Assembly: GCA_040755995.1 (NCBI GenBank)
Contig: JBFMAF010000036.1
Location: forward strand, 128,001-192,000
Origin: Acidobacteriota bacterium
GTDB taxonomy: Bacteria; Acidobacteriota; CAIWXX01
DNA length: 64,000 nucleotides
Direction: 5' to 3'
Shown here one piece after another: positions 27,869-36,628 of the stretch (position 1 is its first letter; each line of letters starts with the position of its first letter). The notes under the pieces were generated by a model. That model was given only the letters and a program-made list of their open reading frames with translations. It was not told the DNA's origin and did not search any database. Made by a program: the position numbers and the translations under genes.

Positions 27869-28681
27869 TCACACCTGCAGGTCGGCCGGGTGGCCTGGAT
27901 GCTTCCGCGGGAGATGCTCAGCCGCATCCGGTGCGATCGCCGGGCCCACCCCCTCGTCCTCCGCTACCTTCTCCTCGACCGCCTGAACGCCCTGATGAAT
28001 CGCTCGCCCCTCGAGAATGGAGTCCGCGATCTTCGACGTGAACAATTTGATCGCCCGTATCGCGTCGTCGTTTCCGGGGATGGGGTAATCGATCTCCTCC
28101 GGGTCGCAGTTGGTATCCACAACGGCGATCACCGGTACGCCCAGCCGGCGGGCCTCGCTCACAGCGATCGCTTCCTTCTTGGAGTCTACGATGAAGATCG
28201 CGTCCGGCAGCGAGCTCATCTCGCGAATGCCGGAGAGGTTCTTCTCCAGCTTCCGCTTCTCCTTCTCCATCCGAGTCTGCTCCTTCTTGGTGAAGACAGC
28301 TTCCCAGCGCCCGTCGCGTTTCATTTCATCCAGCTCTTTCAACCGTTCCACAGAGCGCTCGATCGTGGAGAAATTCGTGAGCAGCCCGCCCAGCCAGCGT
28401 TGATTCACGAAGTAGCACCCGCAGCGTGCCGCCTCTTCAGCGACGATGTCCTTGGCCTGACGCTTGGTGCCGATGAAGAGCACCGTGCCGCCGCGCGACG
28501 CGATATCCAGCGCGAAGGCGCTCGCGTTCTTGAACAGCGCCAGCGTCTTCTTCAGGTCGATGATATAGATCCCGTTGCGTTCTCCAAAAATGTACTCTTT
28601 CATCTTCGGGTTCCACTTCTTGGTCTGGTGGCCGAAGTGGACGCCGGCTTCGAGCAGCTCTTTCATCGTGACAGAACTCAA
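27869..28681 (-). CDS. rpsB: 30S ribosomal protein S2
   Basis: [17 protein letters not shown] and [12 protein letters not shown] start after SD AAGGAGG. Confidence 0.98.
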   Translation of the reverse strand: MSSVTMKELLEAGVHFGHQTKKWNPKMKEYIFGERNGIYIIDLKKTLALFKNASAFALDIASRGGTVLFIGTKRQAKDIVAEEAARCGCYFVNQRWLGGLLTNFSTIERSVERLKELDEMKRDGRWEAVFTKKEQTRMEKEKRKLEKNLSGIREMSSLPDAIFIVDSKKEAIAVSEARRLGVPVIAVVDTNCDPEEIDYPIPGNDDAIRAIKLFTSKIADSILEGRAIHQGVQAVEEKVAEDEGVGPAIAPDAAEHLPRKHPGHPADLQV

Positions 28682-28698
28682 GTATGATCCTCCTTCGA

Positions 28699-29091
28699 TT
28701 AGCGCTTGGAGAACTGGAAGCGCTTACGGGCGCCCTTCTGCCCGTACTTCTTGCGCTCCTTCGTCCGGCTGTCGCGGGTGAGGTAGCCGGCCTTCTTCAG
28801 TTTCTTCCGCAACTCGGCGTTGTAGCTGAGGAGCGCCTTGGCGACTCCCAGCCGCATGGCGCCGGCCTGGCCGTTGATCCCGCCGCCAATGCATCGGGCG
28901 AGGATGTCGAACTTGTCGATTGTCTCCGTCAGGAGCAGCGGCTGCTTGATCGCCATCTTCTGCCCCGGCGTCTGGAAGTACTCATCGAACGGACGGCCGT
29001 TGACTGTGAAAATGCCCTTGCCGGGCCGCAGGAAAACGCGCGCGACGGCCAACTTGCGCCTGCCCGTGCCTTGATACTGAATCAGTGCCAA
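28699..29091 (-). CDS. rpsI: 30S ribosomal protein S9
   Basis: GTGRRK..VARV and [18 protein letters not shown]. Confidence 0.98.
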   Translation of the reverse strand: MALIQYQGTGRRKLAVARVFLRPGKGIFTVNGRPFDEYFQTPGQKMAIKQPLLLTETIDKFDILARCIGGGINGQAGAMRLGVAKALLSYNAELRKKLKKAGYLTRDSRTKERKKYGQKGARKRFQFSKR

Positions 29092-29237
29092 ACCAGTCTC
29101 CCTCCGTAAGTGCTAGGTGCTCAGTTCCGAGCGCTGAGTGCTCGCACCCATCTCCCACGCCGATCCCCCGCTCCTCGCGAGGCCCCGTCCCCGCTGGCAA
29201 GTCGCCGCGGGCGATGGCTCGGCATCATGCATCACCG

Positions 29238-29678
29238 CTAGTACCGGGTGGGCAGCTTGACCGCCTCAGGAGCCTGCGCCGTGTGTGGATGGGTGGCTCC
29301 GCGGTACACCTTCAGCCGCGTCCGCAACTGCTTGCCCAGCTTGTTCTTGGGCAGCATCCCGAAGACGGCCAGCTCGACCACCTTCTCCGGCGATCGCGCA
29401 AACAGACTCTCCAGGCTCTCTTCCTTCATGCCTCCCGGATAGCCAGAGTATCGGTAGTACTTCTTACCGGTCATCCGCTTGCCCGTGAACTTTATCTTCT
29501 CAGCATTGACGACTATCACACCGTCGCCCATCGGCAGGAACGGCGAGTACTCCGCCTTGTCCTTTCCCATCAGGATGTGCGCGGCGACAGTGGCGAGACG
29601 GCCGAGGACCACGTTCTCCCCATCCAATAGCTTCCACCCGAGAGAAACATCCCCAGCCTTCGGAAAATATGTCCTCAT
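29238..29678 (-). CDS. rplM: 50S ribosomal protein L13
   Basis: LGRLA..A..L.GK.K, YSGYPGG, GMLPKN and HPHTAQ.P. Confidence 0.98.
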   Translation of the reverse strand: MRTYFPKAGDVSLGWKLLDGENVVLGRLATVAAHILMGKDKAEYSPFLPMGDGVIVVNAEKIKFTGKRMTGKKYYRYSGYPGGMKEESLESLFARSPEKVVELAVFGMLPKNKLGKQLRTRLKVYRGATHPHTAQAPEAVKLPTRY

Positions 29679-30184
29679 AACCTGTGCGTCTCCTCCACAG
29701 AGTGCAAATGGGAAGCCTACCCCAGACACCCTGGTATGTCAAGAGATTTCGGCGTTCCGGCGTGCCTGTGCGCGTCGCTCGTAGGCGGGGGACGACCGTC
29801 GGCGTAAGGACGCGCGGCGCGCGCCCTGGCGGCCCGCAGACGGGAGGCGCGGGCATCTACGTGCAAGAGAACGAGCTCGTGCGGATCCCGTGTGCCACAT
29901 CTCGAAACGGACCGCCGAATTTCGGATTGACGGGCCGGGCCGGTCCGGGCTATTGTGTTGTCGTTCAGGGGAGGAGTTTGGCACATCACTTCGGGCTGAA
30001 CCGTCCGACGCAGCCGCGGGTATGCAAAGGCTCTGTGAGCTTGAGGCGAAAGACGTGTCGCGATTGAATCAAGTTCTTGGACCGGTGCATCATCGCTGCA
30101 CGGGAGCCGTCCCCTCTCTACGCGAGGCGCGGCCAGAGCGGCCTCGCATGCTTCACCGGCCCCAGGCCGCGGCTTGCTAATATC

Positions 30185-32008
30185 ATGTGGGGCTGCTATC
30201 TGAAGATCGACGGCGAGATCCTGCAGGACGCGATCCTGCTGGATGTGGAGGTGACGCAGGAGCTCAATCGACATTGGCGGTGTCGAGTGGATTGCCACGA
30301 GGCGGAGGACAAGCGATTCCCGGTAGAGGACTGGCTGGGCAAGGACCTGCAGGTGATCGTGCGCGACCAGGATGACGCCGAGCACGTCGTGTTCGATGGA
30401 TTCGTACTGGAGTCGGGGCTGGAGCACGAGGTATTCGGCTGCTACATGGCCTCGATCGCCGGCGTGACCAGGTCACACAAGATGGACCTGACCCCGCGGC
30501 AGGCCTACTACACCGGCAAGACCATGGAGGACCTGGCAGGCGAATTTGCAGGCAACGCCGGGCTGGACGCTGAGGTGAAATGGTCGGCGAAGCCCGCTCT
30601 GGACTACGTGCAATGGGGCGAGACGGACTGGCGGTTCCTGCTGCGCCTGCTCGATGACAGCGATTGCTGGATTCGCCCCACCGCGAGCGGCATAGAGATC
30701 AGCGACTCCTTCAAGGACGCCGGCACGAAATTGCAGTGGCGCGGCGAGAGCGGGGAGAAGGGGCTCTTGAGCTTCAAGGTCAAGGGCAGGCTCACCCAGC
30801 CGTCCTTCGACGGTGCGCACTATCACGCGGCGAAGATGGAGAGCGCGACCTTTTCACAGATCAGTCAGGAGCCGACCTACTACGGCTCCAGCGGGTCCAT
30901 GGTGGACGCCGCCCAGCGCGCGTCAAAAGACAAGATGCTTACCGGATATCGTCCTACGCGCCGCCGGGCCGATTCGCTCGATGGATATGAGAAGATCCTG
31001 AAGAGCGAGAGCGAAAGATCGATCGGCAGCAGTGTCGTCGCATCGGGCGTCAGCAAGAATCCCGAGCTGGCTCCGGGCAACGAAGTCTCGATCGACGGGG
31101 TGCTCGACGCGAAGGGCAGCTATGGGTTGACCCGGGTCGTTCATCGTTGGACGCCGACGGGCTACGTAAACGAGTTCTCGTCGACACCGTGGAAAGCATA
31201 CCGCGAGCCGCATCCGGCCCCGCCCGATGAGTTTTGCGGCTTCACGCCGGCCCGCGTTGTTGCCAACGCCGACCCCGAGAGCCGCGGGCGATTGCAGGTT
31301 CAGTACTACTGGCAGGAGCAGAATCAGACGCGGTGGGCGCGCAGGATGACGCCTCACGCCGGCTCTGACCGCGGGTTCTACTTCACGCCGGAGATCGGCG
31401 ACGAGGTGCTCGTGGGGTTCCAGGAAGGCGACCCTGAACGGCCCGTGGTCCTGGGGTGTCTGTGGAACGGTGTCGACCGCGCGCCGGTCGAGGAGTTCTG
31501 GGGTGGTGAACATGGCGGGGACGACGTCAAGCGGATCGTGACCAAGAGCGGCCATCGGATCCAGATCGTCGACAAGGACGGCAAGGAGTCTATCGTCATC
31601 GCCACGCCGAACGAGTTGAAGGTCTCGATGATCGAGAAGACCGATGAGACCGGCCGCTCGATGATCACGCTGCACACCGAGAGCGGCGACATCTTCGTGA
31701 GTGCGCCGAACGGGCGTGTGCATTTCCACAGCAAGTTCTTCACGCGCGAAGTCGGCGTTGCGAGTGCAGCGGCCGCAGCGGCTCCATCGGCCGGTGGGGA
31801 GGAGAAGACGTCCTGGGTCGAGATCGAGATGGTGGACGAGGAGGGCAACCCGGTCGCGGGCGAACGATACCGGGTGACGCTGCCCGACGGGAGTGTGGTC
31901 GAAGGCACGCTGAATCGTCAGGGGTTGGCGCGTATCGACGGCATCGACCCGGGAACCTGCCAGATCACCTTTCCGAGCCTGGACCAGGAGGCCTGGGAGA
32001 AAGCGTAG
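30185..32008 (+). CDS. vgrG: VgrG-like spike protein (gp27/gp5-like) with C-terminal transthyretin-like extension
   Basis: VQWGETDWRFL.RL, ARVV.N.DP...GR.QV, TRWAR, RGFYFTPEIGDEVLVGF..GDP.RP.VLG.LWN and I.TKSGH. Confidence 0.85.
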   Translation: MWGCYLKIDGEILQDAILLDVEVTQELNRHWRCRVDCHEAEDKRFPVEDWLGKDLQVIVRDQDDAEHVVFDGFVLESGLEHEVFGCYMASIAGVTRSHKMDLTPRQAYYTGKTMEDLAGEFAGNAGLDAEVKWSAKPALDYVQWGETDWRFLLRLLDDSDCWIRPTASGIEISDSFKDAGTKLQWRGESGEKGLLSFKVKGRLTQPSFDGAHYHAAKMESATFSQISQEPTYYGSSGSMVDAAQRASKDKMLTGYRPTRRRADSLDGYEKILKSESERSIGSSVVASGVSKNPELAPGNEVSIDGVLDAKGSYGLTRVVHRWTPTGYVNEFSSTPWKAYREPHPAPPDEFCGFTPARVVANADPESRGRLQVQYYWQEQNQTRWARRMTPHAGSDRGFYFTPEIGDEVLVGFQEGDPERPVVLGCLWNGVDRAPVEEFWGGEHGGDDVKRIVTKSGHRIQIVDKDGKESIVIATPNELKVSMIEKTDETGRSMITLHTESGDIFVSAPNGRVHFHSKFFTREVGVASAAAAAAPSAGGEEKTSWVEIEMVDEEGNPVAGERYRVTLPDGSVVEGTLNRQGLARIDGIDPGTCQITFPSLDQEAWEKA

Positions 32009-32048
32009 GCCGGCGAAGGCCGAGCTGTCAGGTGGGGAGGGTGCGCAT

Positions 32049-32690
32049 ACGGGCCACGTTCACCGAGTGAAACAGGGCGAATGTTTCGAAAGCATCGCCT
32101 TCAAGTACGGGTTCAATTGGGAGACCCTCTGGGCGCATCCTCAGAACCAGAGGCTGCGCGAGAAGTCCAAGACGCCGAATATCGTGATGCCTGGGGACGA
32201 GATCTACATACCAGAGAAGCGGGCCAAGTCCGAGGCCGGGGCGACCGAGCAGTCGCATCGCTTCAAACTCAAGGGCGTTCCGTCCAAGGTCCAACTTCGA
32301 ATGGTCGACTCAGCCGGCAAGATCCGCGCGGGCCTCAGCTACGTCATGGAGATTCAGGACGGCCCCACCTACCGCGGAAAGATACCGGCAGATGGCTGGA
32401 TCAGGCATAGCATCCCGCCAAATGCGAAGACGGCCAGACTCGAAGTGACCGACAACGTCGTGACCGAGGAGTATGTTCTTCAACTGGGCGGTCTTGACCC
32501 CATCTACGAGGTGACCGGCATTCAGCAACGGCTCAAGAACCTCGGCTATGACCTGGATGATGCCCCGGGCGCGTTCGGCCCGGCTACCGAAGCCGCCATC
32601 TGCAGTTTCCAAACGGCGCACGGTCTTACGGAGACAGGCGAGGCCGACAAGCGGACGCTTGACAAGCTGTTGGAGGTCTATGGCTGCTGA
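32049..32690 (+). CDS. LysM + transthyretin-like + peptidoglycan-binding domain protein
   Basis: HRVKQGECFESIAFKYG (LysM) and IQQRLKNLGY..G.FGPATEAAI.SFQ..HGL..TG (PG_binding_1). The probable start codon at 32049 is ACG; the first GTG is at 32067. Confidence 0.85.
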   Translation, partial: TGHVHRVKQGECFESIAFKYGFNWETLWAHPQNQRLREKSKTPNIVMPGDEIYIPEKRAKSEAGATEQSHRFKLKGVPSKVQLRMVDSAGKIRAGLSYVMEIQDGPTYRGKIPADGWIRHSIPPNAKTARLEVTDNVVTEEYVLQLGGLDPIYEVTGIQQRLKNLGYDLDDAPGAFGPATEAAICSFQTAHGLTETGEADKRTLDKLLEVYGC

Positions 32691-32857
32691 GGCCGTTCGC
32701 ATCCCACTCAACACAGCCTGCCTGAGGCCGTTCACCACGCACAGACGCAAGGGTGTCGCAGGGCGGCCGCAGCTGCTGGGTTGCCGAGAGCCGCACTCGA
32801 CCGGGCGCATCAGGCCCCGCTCCATACTCAGTTGTCTTGCCCGGTGAGGTGCCTGCC

Positions 32858-34888
32858 ATGGGTGACGAACAGGAGAAGCCAGACCCGTATGCGAACGGAA
32901 AGGAGCCTTCGACGGAGGGTGCTGGGGCAAAGAGTGCCACCACATCGGAGGGCGCCGGGACGACCAAAGAATACCGGGATGACGATCATGACGACAGCGA
33001 TCACGACAAGGACAAGTCGGAGTTTCCCGGGGACCTCCGTGACGATGACCACGATCACCTGACGGATCACGTAAACGAAGGGGCCCCGCCTCCGGTGCCA
33101 CCTTCTCCGGTTGTCCCTGTCACGCGAACGACCAAGTACCACAGCGTGAACCCACCCGGACCGGCTGAAAGTAGTGCTCAAGTCGAATTCGGCCCCGTCA
33201 AGATCTTCAGGACCCGCGAGGACTGGAAGACGAGGGCCGCCAAACACACGTCCGCACTCGAAGGTCGCATACCGGACATGTATCTCGACCACAAGGGATA
33301 TGTGACGGTGGGTATTGGCCACTATCTGCCGAAGGCGGACAGCGCGAGTCATATCCCCTTCCAGTTCAAAGCGTCTTCAGGCAGGACAGGAGAGGGATCG
33401 GCCAGTGACAAGGCGGACGAGTGGAAGATGGTTTTGGATCATGGAGCGGCTCTGAAGAAGGCCGGAAAACTGAAGTCGCCCAGACGAGTGCCAAACACGA
33501 AGCTCTTCATGTCGGACACCGCGATCGACGAGCTTCTCCGTCGGGACATGGAAGCGCGCTACCCTACACTGGAACGACGCTACGATGCGTTCAAGAGCTG
33601 GAATCCCAAAGAACCGTCCCCTGTCAAGTTCCACAAGTTCAGGGACCTGCCGGACTCGGCCAAGGTAGTCCTTTTCGACATGATGTTTGGACTTGGAGAA
33701 TTCGGCCTGTTCGGAGGAGGAAAGAAGACCGGGTTCCGGATGCTGCTTACCGCCATCAAAGCGGGAGATTGGGAAACGGCAGCCGAGAATTGTCACATCA
33801 CGAACACGGTACGCGAGACGCGGAACAAGAGAAACCGGGCACTGCTCCTGCAGGCGGCCGAGGAGGCCGGCGTAGCGGTGCAGCCGGAGAGCCCAAAGAC
33901 GCCACCGCCGACACCGGCACCCGCCAAGCCGGCCCCCAGCCCGCCTCAGGTCACTCCAAAGACCACCACGGTCAATACCCTCGGTGGCCGAAAGCGGGAA
34001 CCTATCGTCTATCCACGCGTGCGACTCCTGAAACAGTGGGACAAGCGCTGGAATGTTGGAAAGAAGAAGGCCCCGGGCTTACTATGGAAGCCCCCTTGGA
34101 CGAACCTGCGGGAGAAGAAGTACCGACCGTATGCCAACTGGCAGAACTCCGGGTGCTGTCCAACGTCTCTGGCCATGGTTCTGCGTTGGTGGGCCGAGGA
34201 CAACCCCGCCACGCAGGGGAAATTGAGCTTTCCAAAGGGACCCGCCGCCGGGACGTACGGCTCGCCGCCGATGAACCCCGTGGACATCAATCATCGCCTT
34301 CACGGCTCGCTCTATGTTCCGACCAGAGAGGTCGGCGGGTCGCTGAAGATCGAAGGTCGCTCGGTTGTCCCCTACGGCCTGGACTACAAGGCCGTCCTCA
34401 ATGCCGCCCGACAGGTATCGCTGGTGCTTGAGGACGGTACTACCAAGGGCATGCAAGTGCACTACCAGCCGTGGAATCAGGCCAGCGCTAGCAACCCCAA
34501 GCACGTGGAGCTGAAGAAGGAAATGCTACGCAAGGGCCTCTGCTACGGGCCGATGCTCGCGAACATGACCTTCCCAGGTCATTTCGTGGTCGTGCAAGGG
34601 TATCGGGCCGGGAAAATATACATTTGCGACCCCGGCAACGACCTTCATTACAAATGGGGCTCGCCCGTCGAGAGCGAAAAAGAGATGCCGACCAAGGAAG
34701 CTCTCCGCGCCGGCGGGGATGACGTGGATGCCCCGGGGCGAGGTTACAACGCTGTTCCTGAGGGAGCGAAGTTTACGCCCAAACTGAAGCACGGAAGCCC
34801 CAAGCGTCCACTGACGTGGCTCGAGTCCGTGATCGGCCTGGTCTATTTCTACTTCGACGAGAAAGCTATACATCCGGAATGGCGTTGA
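32858..34888 (+). CDS. putative cell-wall-targeting effector: phage-type lysozyme + C39-like peptidase
   Basis: LEGRIPDMYLDHKGYVTVGIGH (E-x8-D-x5-T); Pro-rich linker; KQWD.RW, SGCCPTSLAMVL, GHFVVVQGY and YICDP. Confidence 0.8.
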   Translation: MGDEQEKPDPYANGKEPSTEGAGAKSATTSEGAGTTKEYRDDDHDDSDHDKDKSEFPGDLRDDDHDHLTDHVNEGAPPPVPPSPVVPVTRTTKYHSVNPPGPAESSAQVEFGPVKIFRTREDWKTRAAKHTSALEGRIPDMYLDHKGYVTVGIGHYLPKADSASHIPFQFKASSGRTGEGSASDKADEWKMVLDHGAALKKAGKLKSPRRVPNTKLFMSDTAIDELLRRDMEARYPTLERRYDAFKSWNPKEPSPVKFHKFRDLPDSAKVVLFDMMFGLGEFGLFGGGKKTGFRMLLTAIKAGDWETAAENCHITNTVRETRNKRNRALLLQAAEEAGVAVQPESPKTPPPTPAPAKPAPSPPQVTPKTTTVNTLGGRKREPIVYPRVRLLKQWDKRWNVGKKKAPGLLWKPPWTNLREKKYRPYANWQNSGCCPTSLAMVLRWWAEDNPATQGKLSFPKGPAAGTYGSPPMNPVDINHRLHGSLYVPTREVGGSLKIEGRSVVPYGLDYKAVLNAARQVSLVLEDGTTKGMQVHYQPWNQASASNPKHVELKKEMLRKGLCYGPMLANMTFPGHFVVVQGYRAGKIYICDPGNDLHYKWGSPVESEKEMPTKEALRAGGDDVDAPGRGYNAVPEGAKFTPKLKHGSPKRPLTWLESVIGLVYFYFDEKAIHPEWR

Positions 34889-35025
34889 AGCCGGGCGCAG
34901 CCGCTGCGTGAATGCCTGAGGCTCTCACCCTTCCGCATGAGATGCGGTGCCGACAACATAAGAGTTCCGGTGAGAACTCACGGAATGCCACGACCCCGGC
35001 TGGGTCTAGGTTGAGCGGCGGAGGT

Positions 35026-35805
35026 TCATGATGCGCTGAGGGTATCGCTGCTTCCCGGTCGTATCCAGCGTCCCTCAGGCGTCAGGATCTCGCACGGCAG
35101 GAAGTTCGACTTGTATCGCATCTGGTGGCAATCGCGGACGAAGAAGCCGAGATAGAGATACGGCAAGCGGCGCCGCCGGCACTCCTCGATCATCCACAGG
35201 ATGTTGAACGTGCCCAGGGACCTCGAGGGCAGATAAGGCTCGAAGTAGCAGTACACCGCGCTCATGGCCAGAGGTTCCAGGTCGGCGACGCTCACGGCCA
35301 CGAGCTTCTCCCCGGCTCGGCATACGACCTCGACTGTCTCTACCGAAGACGTGTAGAGGAAGCGTTGGAACTCCTGGAGCGACCCGTCCATGGTTCCATC
35401 GTGGCGGAGGCTCAGGTAGCGCCCGTACAGCTCGTGCTTCTCATCGGTCAGAACCGGTTGGCCGAGCTCGACGGACAGGTCGCGGTTGCGCGTCCAGCAG
35501 CGCCGCTGTGCACGAGACGGCCGGAATTCCTCGACGGGCACTCGAATCATCCTGCACGCGTCGCACCCATCGCACCGCGGCCGATAAAAGAGGTGCCCTA
35601 GTCGCCGGAAGTTCAGATCCATGAGCGAATGGTAAACGCCCGGGAGATACGACGATACGAGAAGGGTGGTGTTGCGCGCCGTTCTGCCCGAAAGATATGG
35701 ACAGGGGAACGGCTCCCCGGGAGCAGGCACGGCACGCTCTATCGCCTGCGCCAGCAGAAGCGTCCGTCGAGCGTGAGCCTGCTCCGTCGGGCTCATGATC
35801 GCCAT
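35026..35805 (-). CDS. arginyl-tRNA-protein transferase family (bacterial Bpt/ATE)
   Basis: CPYLSGR, FRR.G..FYRP.C..C.AC, SAVYCYF, SLGTFNIL and YLYLG. Confidence 0.9.
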   Translation of the reverse strand: MAIMSPTEQAHARRTLLLAQAIERAVPAPGEPFPCPYLSGRTARNTTLLVSSYLPGVYHSLMDLNFRRLGHLFYRPRCDGCDACRMIRVPVEEFRPSRAQRRCWTRNRDLSVELGQPVLTDEKHELYGRYLSLRHDGTMDGSLQEFQRFLYTSSVETVEVVCRAGEKLVAVSVADLEPLAMSAVYCYFEPYLPSRSLGTFNILWMIEECRRRRLPYLYLGFFVRDCHQMRYKSNFLPCEILTPEGRWIRPGSSDTLSAS

Positions 35806-35976
35806 TCCTAGTCACCTCAGATTCTACGCCGGAACCGAGACAAACGAACCGATTGCAGATCGTGCGAGCCCGAGGTCCTGGCCGGCACAGCCAGGACGTG
35901 AATCGCGAGAAAACGCATTCGGCGAATCGGCACCTCCTTCGTATCGCGCGAGGAGCCCGCAAACCTCAGACGAAGC

Positions 35977-36420
35977 CTACGTTTCCGAGATCTCCAGGTG
36001 CATGATCTGTCCGCCCAGGTTCGCGGTTCTTGCCATCGTAGCTGCCAGGACGAGGATAAGCAACAACGTGACGTAGAGAAACCATGCCGGGTAGCTCTCG
36101 CGCTTGCGGAAGAGCACGCATCCAGCCAGGCTCCATACACCCAGCACCTCCATGAGCGTCAATGCGAATTCGGCGGCCTCGTGATGCGTTCCTATCTTCT
36201 CGGGCGACGCCATGGGCAGCGAAGCGAGCGCCTCGGCGGCCTCGTCGCCTGAAATGAACGTCGGAATCGTCATCACGGCCAGGAAGACTATGAGCCACAT
36301 CCCTACCGTCTGCAGCTCGCGGCTCCTCCTGACGAGGGCCACCACCCAATAGAGGATGGCCAGAAAAATCCCGATGATCGGGAAATGGTTGATCAAGAGG
36401 TGAAAATGCGGCCAGTTCAT
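35977..36420 (-). CDS. DUF2231-like membrane protein
   Basis: HLLINHFPI, four TM segments, HHEAA and TANLGGQI.H.EI. Confidence 0.7.
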   Translation of the reverse strand: MNWPHFHLLINHFPIIGIFLAILYWVVALVRRSRELQTVGMWLIVFLAVMTIPTFISGDEAAEALASLPMASPEKIGTHHEAAEFALTLMEVLGVWSLAGCVLFRKRESYPAWFLYVTLLLILVLAATMARTANLGGQIMHLEISET

Positions 36421-36628
36421 CGTCTCCAGCTCCTCCTCTCGCGCAGACTCCCGCGACCCGATGGCCTCAGATCCGGCCCCGCCGCTCCAGCGAATCGACC
36501 TTATCGTGGGCTCCACACCACACGCATTTCATCATAGGAGCCGGGAGACGCCGTGTCAACGCGAAGCCGGCCGCGGGGTCGCTCATCCGAGGTGATACAA
36601 TAGAATAGGTTCGATTGCCGGAGGCTGG

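Noticed and set aside
29700..30180. Possible riboswitch or ncRNA between rplM and vgrG
   Set aside because: No motif I can recognise by eye. An Rfam/Infernal scan would be needed.
30185..34888. Interpretation as a prophage
   Set aside because: No capsid, terminase, integrase, holin or tail-tube genes. The VgrG has a T6SS/eCIS-type C-terminal extension.
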